DNA from: Camelus ferus
Lineage: Eukaryota
Direction: 5' to 3'
Assembly: GCF_009834535.1 (NCBI RefSeq)
Contig: NC_045697.1
Location: 8,000,001 to 8,064,000 of the forward strand
DNA: 64,000 bases
Within the stretch, counting starts at the first letter, position 1. The number at the start of each line of letters is the position of its first letter. The position numbers and the translations under genes were made by a program. The notes below the pieces were generated by a model. That model saw only the letters and a program-made list of their open reading frames with translations. It did no database searches and was not told the DNA's origin. This document shows, in pieces, positions 39,918 through 52,595 of this stretch.

Positions 39918-40010
39918 TAGATAGATGGATGTTAAATGTGTGTCTATTTATATATGTATCTCTCTCTATCTATCTATCCATCTATCTATAGATATATAGA
40001 TAGTATATAG
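39918..40010. repeat. Low-complexity (TAGA)/(TCTA)/(TA) tract with internal inverted repeats
   Basis: tagatagatggat (39918-39930) is the exact reverse complement of atccatctatcta (39976-39988). Confidence 0.8.
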
Positions 40011-40169
40011 TGTGTGAGCAAATTAATGTGAAGGTCTTTTGCAAAATAAGAAGCCCTGTATCATAAGATATTATTATAGCCAATTAAAATAATGCCCAAA
40101 GTGGTTATTCATTTTCTCATTTAGGGAGCATTTATTGAGATCATTATTTAAACTTATATTAGTAACTAT

Positions 40170-40430
40170 CCCTTACTTGAGAGAGCCTTCCTGACTTCCT
40201 CAAATACTTTAACAAAGCTCTTTGTTCAAGGCTTCTGGAGGACCATAGAACCTTGCATGTCTCCTTTCATAAAACTTATCACACTTTTCTCATGTTTGTC
40301 TCCACCATAAACTGTAGGTTCTGTGAGGCTAGAAAACCTGTTTACCTTATTCATCACTGTGTCCTCAGGATTTAGTAGAGCTCCTGACATATAGCAAATG
40401 TTTAATAAATATGTTTGGACACATAAATGA
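40170..40430 (+). mobile_element. L2a 3' end
   Basis: gagagccttcctgac...actgtaggttctgtgaggctag...cctgacatatagcaaatgtttaataaatatgtttg. Confidence 0.85.
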
Positions 40431-40519
40431 TGCAGAGACATATGACTGTAACATACTGGACTTGGGTTAAATGAAGGAGATAGAAAATCGAAATGCATTG
40501 TGGAAAATGCTGTGAAAAG

Positions 40520-41028
40520 ACATCTATAAGTTTGTCTTTTAAGCATCCAAACCTCTTTTTCTTACTCCCTTTGGAGAAACATCTTGTCCCATCCTCTTCA
40601 TTCTTGGGACCACTGGTTCAGATAGCCTGACCCTTATCCTCAAGGATGTGCTCTGGCCAGAACAAAGATGTTTAAAGTCAGTACTGGCACTTTCCCTAGG
40701 ACTAATAGGAAAGTGGATATCTTCTTCCTTCTACTGTTGTTTAACAGAATATAAGCCTAGATCTGCAGGCTGCCATCTTTGGACCATATGAGTTGAGTCT
40801 ATTTAAGAATGACATCATTATCTGTAAAAGAAGAGTTAGGCTAGCAAAAGAGAAACCAAATTCCAAAGACATCTTTGGAGATTTCTATCAGGTCATGCCT
40901 GAATTTAGTGAGTCTCCTGAAGTTGTTTTTTAATAAATATTCCACCTTAAATTAAATTTAAGTTTAGCTTAAATTAGTTTGAATTCAGTTTCTTTAAGTT
41001 TCAGTGGAAAATACTTTAACTCATGTAC
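40520..41028 (+). mobile_element. Old MaLR LTR (MLT1J/K-like)
   Basis: atataagcctagatctgcaggctgccatcttt, tcaggtcatgcctgaa and 3' end gcttaaattagtttgaattcagtttct. Confidence 0.7.
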
Positions 41029-42022
41029 AGAGGTAAGTATAGGAGGCGATGGGAAGGAGGGAACTTTGAAGAGACCCACATGGAGAAGGTTATGCCTGAG
41101 GACAAACCCAAGCTAGGGTTGTTTAATACTTGTGGGAAATCAAAACTGAACTTGGTAATAATTGCATTTTGGACACTCGCTTTCTTGATAGAGGGCGATG
41201 AGTCATACAAGAACACAAGACTTTATCACTTGGAACCAAAATACACTTACATATACTTAGCCCCATAGTGTTCCCTTCCCTGTTCCCCAGTTATCTAGAT
41301 TTTACAGAGGAGCACGACTTTCAAAGTTGTGCACCTACTAGAATAGTGGGAAAGGCACCAGATCTTGAACCCACTCTAACTGCAGCATCTAAAAATAGTA
41401 TTAAAATACCACGAGAATATTTCTCAGTTTCACAGATTTGCCTCTTTCTTGTCTGTAAAAATAGGATGGTGATATTATGTCAAAACAATGAGATGACATA
41501 TAATAAATGCTCAAAATAGAGCCTGGCACATAACCATCACTTTCAGTTTAGTTAGCCCAAATGTTCTCCTGAGAGAGTCCTGGATCATGAACTCTTATGG
41601 GAAAGGATATTTCATCATTTGTATCATTTAAGTATAATATCTAATATAATTTGGACACTCAATAAATGTTTGTAGAGAAAATAAAGGTTTCTCAAAAGAC
41701 CAGCATAGGCTCACTTTGTCACTTTGTCATTTCTGTCTTTTCTGTTCACTGGAGCCACGTACAGCTCCATGTTCACTACTCCATGCTTTTTAAGGAAATA
41801 GCTCATCTCCAAATCCAAAAGATACATCTGAGCTCTTACCCAACTTAGCATCTATGCATCATTAAATTCCATGGGTCATATATCCCCTTTTTTTTTTTTC
41901 CTTTCTTAAAACTATCTCCTCTGAGTTTTAAAAACACACTTTCATTCTCTACTCCTTTGTGAATGTCTGTCTCTATTGTGTTAGATAATCTTTCTGTACC
42001 TGATCGCTAAAAGTTGGTGTTT

Positions 42023-42232
42023 GGGTGGCTACCAGGGGCTGGAGGGAGAGGAAAATGTCGAGTTAGAATTTTAATGGGTACAGAATTTCAGTTCGGGAAC
42101 ACATAAAATGTTTTGGAGTAGGATGATGGTGATGGTTGCGTAACACTGTGAATAGACTTTGTGCCATGGAATGGTGCACTTAAAAATGGTTAAAATAATA
42201 AATGCTATGTTATGCATATTTTATTACCATAA
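42023..42232 (+). mobile_element. L1MB-type 3' end with target-site duplication
   Basis: ccaggggctggagggagag..tttaatgggtacagaatttcagtt..cacttaaaaatggttaaaat; TSD aaaagttggtgttt (42009) / aaatgttggcattt (42233). Confidence 0.88.
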
Positions 42233-42517
42233 AAATGTTGGCATTTACTCAAATTCCATCCCAACCTTCTTTCTTCTTACTATTCAATGCTTTATTTTGT
42301 ATTAAGCCCATCCAATTTCAAACTTTCAGCTAACACTTATATCCTAAGCTATCACTTATCTTTAAATTTAAAATCTATTATCTCTAGTTTCAAATGATCT
42401 GCCAGCTCCATCAGTTCAGTCATTCAGAAACCACTCACTGTGTATCATTTATGTTGTAACATTGAGCTAACAATCAGGTGTAAGTTTTAAACCAACAGAT
42501 ATTTTCACTTGAATATT

Positions 42518-42981
42518 TGTCCTAGTTTGGGTTCACCCTGAGACTAGGGCTTGAATACACATCACTTTCTTAGGTTGTAAGAAACACAGCAGAGTTGGGG
42601 AAGTGAGACGGGGAATAGTGTGTTAATGAGGAGCTAGGCATCAGTGTGGGATACAAGCGTTTCATTCTATAGGGGACCGGCTGCAAATGCTGTGAAACTG
42701 CTTTGGAATGATCCCACCTAGAACTCGGGAAAACCGGCCCAAGAATCACAATGCCCACGTCCCACTGCTTGAGGGCTGCCCCCAGGAGCATTAACGGTCT
42801 CAAACTTCTAGACTGTGCCTGCCTGAAGCTGATGCTGGAGACATTTTTCAGAAAAGATGGATTCCTATCCAGACTCTTGAGGTAAGGAATTCATGATGTG
42901 CAGAAAACTGCACTCCACAGCTACCCTTGAGAAAAGTGGACCAGGGGAGTGTGGACCAGGACGTCACCAGCACTTGCTACA
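42518..42981 (-). mobile_element. LTR16-family (ERVL) solo LTR
   Basis: Termini tgtcctagtttgggttc...cacttgctaca; ggggaagtgagacgggg; ttgagggctgcccccaggagcattaac; degenerate 5-bp TSD atatt/gtgtt. Confidence 0.82.
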
Positions 42982-44402
42982 GTGTTCCTCTGGGCCTCTC
43001 AAATCAGCATTCCCAAAAGTAAATATTCAGTCATCTCTCCCACACCTGCTCCTCCGTTATAGTAAATAGCACCAATATATATGCCAATCAAATATGGAAC
43101 GCTACATCACCACTTATTATATATATATGTATATGTATTCTAATCTCATTTTCTGCTTCTGTAAAATAAGGACAATGATAAATCTTCCAAAGCATTGCTG
43201 TAAGAATTAAATTTACCATCACATATTTAGTGTCTAGCATGCATCCCACCACCGTAGATACCTCACACATGCTGATACCCTCCCATGGCCAGAACCAGTC
43301 CATCTCTTTCTTGATAAAGCAATGGACACTAAAGCACCCCAAATAAAATGAAAGAAAGGAACACTGTGCCTTCTTTTTGCTCTCAATGCCTTGTATAATG
43401 CCTGAAACAATAATAGATGTTCAATAAATGTGTTCATTTTCACTTCATTTTTGCCCTTCAGTGTCTCCTAACTTCCAGAATCTTCTCCTTCAATTCTTCT
43501 TCCACCTGCATTACACTAGTATAGCCAAAATGAAAACTGCATTGCACTGCACCTTTGCTTAAAGCATGTAAGGGTTATCATCACTTAGACTGGAATGCAC
43601 AGGTTTTCAGCCTGTTACTGAGTGGGCTTCCTGCGCACACAGCACCAGACTATCGAGGGCTCCCTGCTCGTTCTGGGCGTCTTCCCTCTAACGGAGTTTC
43701 TTCCTTCTGTGTTTTCACTCTGCCTGGGATCTCCTCAAACTGCTCTTCATCCCCAGATCTGGCCATTCATGCTCTGGGAATACTTCCTTTCCTGACCACT
43801 GAGCTCTATATCTTCCTCTGATTCAGTTTATAACTTTCTCCTTAGGATTTCCACATGCCACATGCCTACTCTGTAACAGCACCCACTTCATCTTCTTACA
43901 GAGGCTGCCCTCCACAAGAAAAGAAATTATATTTTATTTATTGTTTTTTAATCCTGAAACCTAATCAATGAGATAATAAATGACAAACCATGCAGTGCTT
44001 AATGAGCTAACTGAAAGGAGCTGTAGCTCATGCTAGCCTTCCTAAAAGTCCATAAAGAAACAGCCCCAATTAGTTTCATAGGTAGAAGTTACATTTAATA
44101 AGTCATGGGATGTAAGTAAGGCTAGTTGTTTAAGCAGCATCACTGCACAAACTGATCTGGAACTAACAGGAGATGGGAAAACATAACTTTTAGGAAGTTA
44201 TGGGAAATTCTATCAAGTCACAGTTTACCTTCTGCTTCTCTTCCACTCTTATTAATGAGGGCTCTCCTGAGCTGTATCTTAGGTAATAAATAGAGTTAAA
44301 TTATTGGAAATGCTGTGTGGGAGTAAATTACAGATAAATATTATAAAGATCTTTGTTCATTGCACAGGTATTTGTTGAGTGTGTACAAGGATGCAGCTTC
44401 AG

Positions 44403-44828
44403 CTTTGCTCCACCCTCTCATGCAGCAGAAAATATTCCACGTGGAAGCCTTATAGCTCACCTGGGTGCCTCCTGGTATTCCTTTCCCCAGGATGGTAGAC
44501 AGACAGGCAGAACAACCCTTGACGGAGAAGGGCGTAATAATCAGAGAGTCAGGCTTCTCAAAGACCAAAGGGTCCGGATCTGTAACCCATAAAGGCCAGC
44601 AGAAAGAATGGCTGAGGGGAGAAAAAGAAACCAGGAATAGATGATGTAAGAGAGAGGCAGTAAGCATCAGCCACAGCCCTGAGACCAGCTGGAACTGGAT
44701 GGGCATCGCTCATCCGTCTAGCTTTCATCTTACAGGTTACCCTCAAGACAAGAGTTGCACTAGATCCTACAGCAACTGTTCCCTGAATGTATGTGGATAA
44801 ATGAACCAGAAGTGCACCAGAGGTGGAC
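44403..44828 (+). mobile_element. ERVL (ERV3-16A3/ERVL-E-like) internal 3' segment
   Basis: gagaagggcgtaataatcagagagtcaggcttctca...catcagccacagccctgagaccagctg resembles the 3' internal region and ends in PPT-like agaggtggac. Confidence 0.65.
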
Positions 44829-45045
44829 AGTGGTGGGCACAGAAATACTCTGTCCAGATCCACCTTTATGAGGGATTTATCGCCCAGCTATGGAGAGTGT
44901 GGTCAGGAGAGTCTCCTGCTGCTTTCCCTGCAGAGTCTTTCTCGGCTTCAGAGAACTGCCTTGTCTAAGGCCATGGTCTTCCCAAGGCAGCTCGGATTAC
45001 TGGGACTGATTGAAGTGAGGTGTATATAGAGCCGGCTGATCAGAA
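44829..45045 (+). mobile_element. LTR16C-like LTR, 5' (U3) portion only
   Basis: gtggtgggcacagaaatactctgtccagatcc...cccagctatggagagtg...gactgattgaagtgaggtgtatatagagccggc; stops shortly after the TATA-like motif. Confidence 0.7.
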
Positions 45046-45059
45046 ATCTACACTCAGCA

Positions 45060-45980
45060 TCTGAGTGCAAGCCTATAGGAGCTGTCACCCGAACTACAGC
45101 CCACTCAAGGATGACCTCGATAGACAATCACCAGAGGAATGACCTCCAATGGGAGTGTGGATAGACAGAAGTTCCCTGAGGTCAGCTCACATATGGAACG
45201 TGGGGCAGTGCTAAGTGGTCTGGCTGGCTGGAAAGAATGCGGAAAGAGGAAAACTGAAAGATCGGTAGCATGGAGATATGGCATAGGGGGAGGTGGGTAG
45301 GTGGATAAGCGAGGAGATCAGGGAAGGGTACCAAGTAGGAAGGTCTTCATATGCTAATTCCTGCCAAGATGCGTTTATCACGAAAGAGGCACAAACCAAT
45401 CAATGAGGGGGAAATGCCTTGGTCGGTTGGTATAATCCAGCTTTTATCCTTCGCCACCCAGTTCTGGAAGAATTAGAATGTAAATGAACAGGGTGTAGTG
45501 AGAAAGATTAAGGCTATGCATGAACTGTCCCTTAGCCAAAGCTGATCTGGCTATCGCCACTGCCAGAGTACTAGCTGTCAGCAACAGAACCCAACTCTGT
45601 GTCCCCAGAGGATCCTATCACTTGAGGAGATCAAATGGTCCCTTGATAGAAAGCTGACTGTATTGGATTTCTGCCATCCCCAAAGTGCCAGCAATTCATG
45701 TTGACAAGAATAGACATAAAAATACACGCATATTCTGGTATGGTTATACGTTTGCCTTCCTTTTTTGCAAGACCTCAAGGGTGCCTTTGTGTGGACCCAT
45801 AATTACAGGGTTCACTTTCCACATTTCATCACTTTAAATCAAAGACCTGTATATGTTGCAGTGTCCCTAACAAGGTGAATTCATAGAACAAGGAACTCAA
45901 AAGTAGGAGCAGGATTGGCCCTGCTTGCCATCTCTCCTAGAGACCCTCTTGGGAAATTTGTGCTTCTAGTCCCCATGCCA
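45060..45980 (+). pseudogene. ERVL pol remnant (RNase H and integrase N-terminal/core fragments)
   Basis: Hand translation: AVLSGLAGW (about 45205); PLAKADLAIATA/SCQQQNPTLCP (from 45529); GDQMVP**KADCIGFLPSPKCQQFMLTRID (from 45626), versus ERVL GDQPATWWQVDYIGPLP..GQQFILTGID. Confidence 0.88.
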
Positions 45981-47599
45981 TAAGTGGAAGTGTAGTTAGC
46001 TCTTTCTGTAATCTGATCTCTCTCATGCTCTGCTGAGTTTCTTCAGACCACAGCCACCACCTGTTACTTACTGACTTAAGTGTATGACACACATCAGCCC
46101 ACTGTGACCCTCGGGTTTTAGTTTTGCAAGAGGTCCCCTTAAATCCTTGTTATTTGACTTGAAGTGAGAGCAAAGCATAATTCTAACCATCTCCATGGGC
46201 AGAAGATTTAAAAACTCCCTGGAACTCAGCATCATAATGAAATGCTCTCTCTTGGCCCCTCAAAAACAGATCCTATTGGTTATGGGACAGGAAACCAGTT
46301 CGAAAATGTATGAATACTTGCCATCAGTCTTTGTTTTGTTTTTGGCTTTGAGGAGTCTCAGAGATAAATAGAAGCAGGAAAAAAGGTTCCATTTGAAATC
46401 CTGCTTCACAAGGTTATAAACGTGTGCTGAACATAACACACAGAGGCTTTGAATGCCAGGCCAAGGAAATTGGAAGACATTAAAAACTCTCCAAAATAAT
46501 TTTTAGTGATGTTTGTTCCTGCTTTTATATGTATTTCTTTGTCTCTGTTTGCAGGTTCTGCTAAGGCTCAAAATTTTTAGTGGCATAGACGCTTTGGAGC
46601 CCAGCGAAAATTTGGTTTTCGTTTTGTGTCTCAGATAATAAATCAGCTCCTATTGATTTGAAACTTGACTGAGGTCTTCTAAAAAGACTTAAATTTCCTT
46701 TCTGGGTTTTTAGATTGGACCAATTTCACTCAATTTTGAATTTCATTACAAACCGACTTCTGTATTCAATGGAAAACTGATTTCCCTCGCAAACCCACCA
46801 AATGCATCTCTCCAAATTGCAGCTGAACTTTTCTTAATGGGATGTCAGCAACCTCCATGATAAATATTGATCTTGTATTCAGCCACTCCCAAATAAAACA
46901 TTTCCCATTTCCACTTGTTTCACCCTCTGGAGGCAAATCCTCCAAAGAAGAAGCTAGTCTTCACCTCTCATCAAATAACTAGGACTACCGATTTCTGCAG
47001 AGCCAGGTGGATCTGAATCAGTTTTCAAATGCCTTCTCCCCAAATCAGCCGTTAGAACTTGAAGTCCAGTATTCAAAGGCTTATTGAAAATCTGTGGTGT
47101 CAGCAAGAGAATTACAAGGATAACTCACATATAATATATACAGCTGGGAAAGGGATTGCTCCTCGTTGATGGAAAACTAATCATTTTGCCTAAGAATACA
47201 GATGTAAATACCTAACAGACATGTGAATTTTAAGCAGTAAAGAAAATGGAAAGTATTCTTAGTTTTTGATCAATGCAATCTCTAGCCTGAGTCTTTATAA
47301 ATCCATTTATCAATTCTAGACATACTAATCTTCCCCCTAAAAACAGTTGTACCATGTTACATCTGAGCCCCCCAGATTTTAGTGGTTCTCCATGGTTCAA
47401 ATTGCCAAAGTCTGAGTCTAAGAATCTAAATCATTTGCATCTTGGTTCCCACATACTTGTACAGACCCATCCCTTCCAGTTCCTACAAGAATGAGCCCTT
47501 TCCTTAAGCACCATGGCCCGGTAAAGGTGCAGAATTTTCTGGCTTTTCCCTGCCTGCATCTCAAGGGCACCAAGTTCTCTCAAATTGTCTCATAATTGA

Positions 47600-48085
47600 T
47601 ATGCTCCATATCACACAGCCTTAGACAAGGACTTAGGAGCGGGTTTATTTGGGAGGCACCCCTGAATACAGCTGTGAGGGAGTGGGGAGAGTGAGACAAG
47701 GAGAGGAAGGTGCATTGTGAAGCAAATTATTATGGTGGACACAGGGCTCAGTGCTCTAAGGGACTGTCTATGGAACCCGCCAGAATGAGCTCCAGCATTA
47801 TCCTTCCGAAGGCTGGGAGCAGAGGCATTTAACCCTCTAACTTTCATTTTCCAACAGCGAGGAATTCACTGGAGGCCTTTGTTTATCCACTCCTCTGTGC
47901 CGCACCTGGTACGTAGCTAAGTAGGCTTCAGTGGCTTCAGAGAAATCACTGCAGCCAAAAAGCAGAGTTTCACTAGGTATGTTTGGAGTAGGATGGTGTC
48001 AGAGTACGTGACACTGCCCACCAGAATGTCACTGAAATCAGAAGTGGGCTGAGGGTCATGCTTGGGGGCCCAAATAGCACTGGGC
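47600..48085 (-). mobile_element. LTR16-family (ERVL) solo LTR
   Basis: ccttagacaaggacttaggagcgggtttatttgggagg...agggagtggggagagtgagacaagga. Confidence 0.78.
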
Positions 48086-50519
48086 CATCTTCCATTGGCA
48101 TTAGAGTAAGTCCCAGAGGAACTCATGTTTGCTTTCCCTTTGTTTTGGACTTCAGATGGATTTCCTAGCTTCTGCTTTTATAACTTCTCTGTAGTTCATC
48201 GTTTCTATTAATGGCCTTATGAATGGCTTTTCATAAGATGATATGGCCTCAGGACCTCCAGTCATTATGTAGTTCTAAGGTTAGCAGTCCCTTCTCCAAA
48301 GTACAGAGGGAAACAGACATTACATACCTCCACAGCCCTGTACTCAACCACATGCTCTGCTCAATGACCGCCCAACAACCTTTTATTTCCACAAATGCTC
48401 CAAACCTTTCTGCATAGTTCACTTTGCCATGTCCCCTTTATAACCACCGTTTAACATCCCCTATTTAACATCTATTTTGGTTTTCAGAAAACAGCTTTAT
48501 GCTTCGAAGTCCCATTTGGCTGTGGCGTCATCTATGAAATGTTCTGTGATTGCCTCAGTACAAGATGAGCCCTCTTTTCTATTAATTCCTGTGATAATAA
48601 CAGAAAGAGTAATTATTTCCCTATGAGATGAAAATGTCAACTGATATACCCTGTGCTTTCAGATTAAAGGAATGGAGAATCCACCCTTTTCAAGCATTCC
48701 AGGGATTCCTGGAGAGAATGACTCATATTTTCTCCAGGTACCCCTGATTAGCAGCTTCTGCTTCTTCTGAATTAATTCAACTCAGATGAGCCTTCTATTT
48801 GCACAGAAGACTGACAAAATTTCCAGTGTATCACTGGAATACAAAAATTGCATTGGCCATTTATGCCAAATAAGGATTCAATTTTCTCTCATGTTAATGA
48901 GTACCGTTCAATCATTGATCCCTCTATTCTGTGATGCCTCTCTTTACCTCAGGTCTAAATTCCTGTTCATTTTGCATGCAGAGTTCATTTCTTCCACTCC
49001 ATGTTCTCAACCCTCCAACATCAACGCCAATGTGAACATTAACGTATTTACCTAATAACGTCTGCTGATTCCCTCGAAGAAACATGGAAAATAGTATTTT
49101 GCCTTTAAAAGTGTAGTTATCAATAGAAATCAGACATGCATGTGGTCATGGTGATGTGTTTTCTGAGAAAGATTCTTAGAAGAAGAATCTGAGTCTGATT
49201 CTAAGTGTCCAGACACTGCTCTACTAGCATCCAGTAATGAGAGACACTGAGACAGTGACTCACTAAGAAATCAAATACAAAACCAATGCGTTCTCAGAGT
49301 GTTGTTTCATCAATTTGCAATAAGAATGAGGTCATCTTGTGGGCTAGAAATGTTTAGATCTCTTGTTTAGTCTTTTTTTCCTCTGTGGCCAATGAACATG
49401 GACACCAAATCACAACCAGAAACTGTTATCAAGTACCCATAAGAAACCATTGTCAGAGAGAATGTAAACAATCAACATCTGCCATCAGTTCTGTTGCCCT
49501 TGCCTGAGGACGTGAAATTTTTCATCAGTGCAGTATCTCTTTAATGCCCTTCAGCAAGCATGAAAACAAGAACTGGGGAAAAAAAAGAAAAATCCCACGG
49601 TCAAGGGCAACTGGGCTAACATGTTAATGGTGGTCATTGTCAGTGGCAACTGATTGACTGAACAGTGCTAACATAAACTCCTCTGATTCTTCTCTTTCTA
49701 TATTACCAGGCATACCCAACCCCATTTTTACTGACACATCATAAGTATATTAATATATTTGAAAATATTTCTCTGGAGTCTAGTATCCCAGGGACCATGT
49801 TCTGCTTCAGATCATCCTGCATGTCTCTGTTCTGTCTTTTATATGTTACCTTACAGTTTAATTTCCCTCTGTTCAAGTTCTTAGAGCAGCTACATACTTT
49901 GGTTCAGGCACAGGACAGATCCTCTACAATTTGTAGCTCTAATCTTTAAAACTCACACTACCAGTTACATTACATGATGAGCCATTTTATAGTCTGTATC
50001 TTGTCTTACTCAACTGATATGTGCCTCATGACAGATATTTGTTTATGCTCCCAGCATTTTCCTCCTTAATTGTGAGCTATTTTAAAAGGGAGGGCAAAAT
50101 CCAGGAGCAGTTAGAGACCTACAGAGATGTGAACTACACTACATAAAGTGACATGCAAAGGAATAACCAGTGGCAGCCATTTCACAAAATATATAAAAGG
50201 CAAGAAAACTTTCTCCAACACTGATAAGGACTCATGTTATTAGGTTTAAATTTGAGTGATTGAAGACGAGGGGTTTTTGTTTTTTTGAAAATGATTAATA
50301 TTGGCTTTGATCCATGGTCATGACGTACCCAGTGAAGAAGAGTATGTGATGATAACAGTACTGGGTACTTCAAGAAGAATTATAAGACCCAGGAAAATGG
50401 ATTGAATCCAAGAAGGGGGAGGTGATTTGCCATATGGCTTTTAAGTTAAATGATGGGTGTATTATCATTGCATGAGTATCAGCATTAAAAAGAGAAGCAA
50501 GGTGGCAAAACCCGGAAGG

Positions 50520-50870
50520 TTAAAGCTCCAGGTAGGTCAGACAGTTGTGAGTTTGAGGTGTAGCTCTTCCGCTTGCTACTGAGAAGTCTTGGTGAATTTC
50601 TGTTTCCTCATCTGTACAACAAGGATGATAAAACCTGCCTTCGAGAGCTATTGTGAAGATAGTTTTGTAATAGCTCACATTTTTCGAGTACTTGCCATGA
50701 TCCATCTAGGGACGTTGCTGGTATAATCTCATACAATCCTCTGAATAATAGTGAGATAGGTATTTACCATGGAGAAAAAAAGTCACAGAGAAATCACTCA
50801 GGGTCATGCAGGAAATACATGTTTGAGCTAGAATTTGAACACCAGTATTCTGATCCTAGAGGCTACTCGC
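50520..50870. mobile_element. Tail-to-tail MIR pair (+ then -)
   Basis: tgtttcctcatctgtacaacaaggatgataaaacctgccttc (+), then atctcatacaatcctc..gctagaatttgaacaccagtattctgatcctagag (-). Confidence 0.75.
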
Positions 50871-51722
50871 TTTTCACCAGGTTGATGCACTCTCTCCTAA
50901 ATTACCTGTTATCTTATTAAAGATTTCCTTTTTTGGGACAATGCACAGAAAGACTTTATACCAGAACTTGGAACATGAGTCTCATTTCTTCTTATTATTT
51001 ATAATAATCAAATTCTATGGAAAATTCTTACACTGGATGTCAGACAACCTTTATTCTGGTCTTAGCTCTGCCGCTAACTAGACGTATGGCTCTGGGCAAG
51101 TCCCTTCCTTCTGTGGCATTCATTTTTCTGGCTTATGATTCTTAGGGAAAATTAAGAGCTATTTATTAAACACCTTAGAGTCTCTGCTAAACAGACTTTA
51201 AATTCTTAAACTTTGTTTCCTGTGTTTAACTAAGTACTGTAGAGAAGACACCAGATTGGATGGGAATTCACACAGCTAATAATTGTTTTTGTTATTTAAG
51301 AAAGAGAAGAAACTGAGCAGAAAAAGAAAAGCAAGCCAAAAATCCCATCTTCATTGTCCAGAAAGAGGCTCAGAGCCGCAGAGGTGGAGAAATTTCACAG
51401 CCTGTCCAGAGTGATCTTGAATGTCCCTTGAAATAAATCGATCTAGGGTCCTAACATATGTAATTTCAATTCCAGTAATGGTAGGTCTGCTGCATTAGCT
51501 GCAGTTGCCAAAAAAGGGTTGACATTTATTACAAGCTCAGACGTGGAGAAAAATGATTCTTCACATGAATATATTTGCCTAAAGCAATGATAGTCTCAGA
51601 GGGAAATCATAAACAGAAAGAAAATGCTATTTGACTGTCCTCAAATAGTGAAAACCTTAGAAAGCCTGAAGAACAAATAATTAGCATTCAGAAAAAAGTG
51701 CTTCTCTTTTTCCTGATCTCAT

Positions 51723-52595
51723 CGTCGCGGATTCTGTCGGCGCGCCATCCTCTTGGTACTTTCCATTTCGTGTGTGCCAGTGACCTCCTGCCCAAGTGCT
51801 GTGCTTGTCTCCTGGGGGCTCTCTCCAGTTGAGCAAGGGGCAGCCCAGAGGTGACAAGCAGTCCATGCTCCTGGGAGCAGTCCCTGCTTAAGGCCACATG
51901 GCATCTGGTGATGAGCATCTCCGCTTCCTCACCCCTCAGGTTCGCAGGATGACTCTGAGGTCTGTTCTCCACACTCTCCAGAGGTCCTGAGCGAGACTGA
52001 GCCCCAATGCCCATGTCAGTAACACATTCACTAATGCACCTTGAAACGGCTTCTGCGGTGGCTTTGAGAGAACACCTGCCAGATCTCTGGCTGCAGGGAA
52101 GTGATTGACTGAGAGCCCCAGCTGCTTTGTTCTTAAATCCAGCACCATGTTTGCACCAAGACAATGCTTCCCATGGACTGCTCTCAGCCAAAGGCTGAGA
52201 GATACAGGGGTACTAAGGCAGACGTAGTTCACTGGGGTTCAAGGACTTCCTGCAGACCTTAGGAAACTCCCTTACCAGTCTAAGCCTTCATTCAACCTCT
52301 CTTCCTTCTCTCTTTCCTTCACAAAGGATCAGCTCTCCATGGAAATCTGCTCTCCCAGCGTCTCCTAGCTCCTCACCATTTTGTCTTATACAGATATTTT
52401 CCCCCAATAAAATAATTATATATCTAATCCTGTCTTGGTGTCTGCTTCTCAGAGGACCTGGAATAACACAGCTGTATTCTGTTTTCTGTCTTATTTGTCT
52501 GCTCCTTACCAGTGCCTCCTGGGATCACCCAATACACTACTTGCACTCGAAACATCACCTCATAGTCTCCTACTGGGGAAACCCAACTTAAGATG
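51723..52595 (+). mobile_element. LTR16A-like solo LTR split by LTR33
   Basis: ggggcagcccagaggtg, actctgaggtctgttctccacactctccagaggtcc..gactgagcccca; 3' end cctgggatcacccaatacactacttgcactcgaa..ggggaaacccaacttaaga. Confidence 0.85.
52054..52470 (+). mobile_element. LTR33 (ERVL) solo LTR nested in LTR16A
   Basis: Termini tgcggtggc...aataacaca; gattgactgagagccccagctgc; cccccaataaa..tcttggtgtctgcttctcagaggacc; flanks gcttc/gctgt. Confidence 0.85.

Larger units (their letters stand above)
41880..44015 (+). mobile_element. Fragmented L2 hosting nested L1MB, LTR16 and MIR insertions
   Basis: L2 landmarks resume across the insertions, e.g. cacttgaatatt | gtgttcctctgggcctctcaaatcagcattcccaaaa; ttcactctgcctgggatctcc; ttccttcctgacc-like motif. 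Confidence 0.6.

Noticed and set aside
45255..45650. TGG to TGA/TAG changes in ERVL pol as an APOBEC3 hypermutation signature
   Set aside because: Only about three cases seen, other tryptophan codons are intact, and ordinary transitions in such an old element explain them.
50520..50870. Inverted MIR pairs (also 6270-6650 and 32090-32540) as dsRNA or miRNA hairpins
   Set aside because: Copies look too diverged from each other for extended pairing, and such pairs are common.
51688..52191. Longest ORF in the track (167 aa, minus strand)
   Set aside because: Lies across the LTR16A/LTR33 junction in GC-richer LTR sequence, has a non-ATG start and no recognisable domain; a chance ORF.
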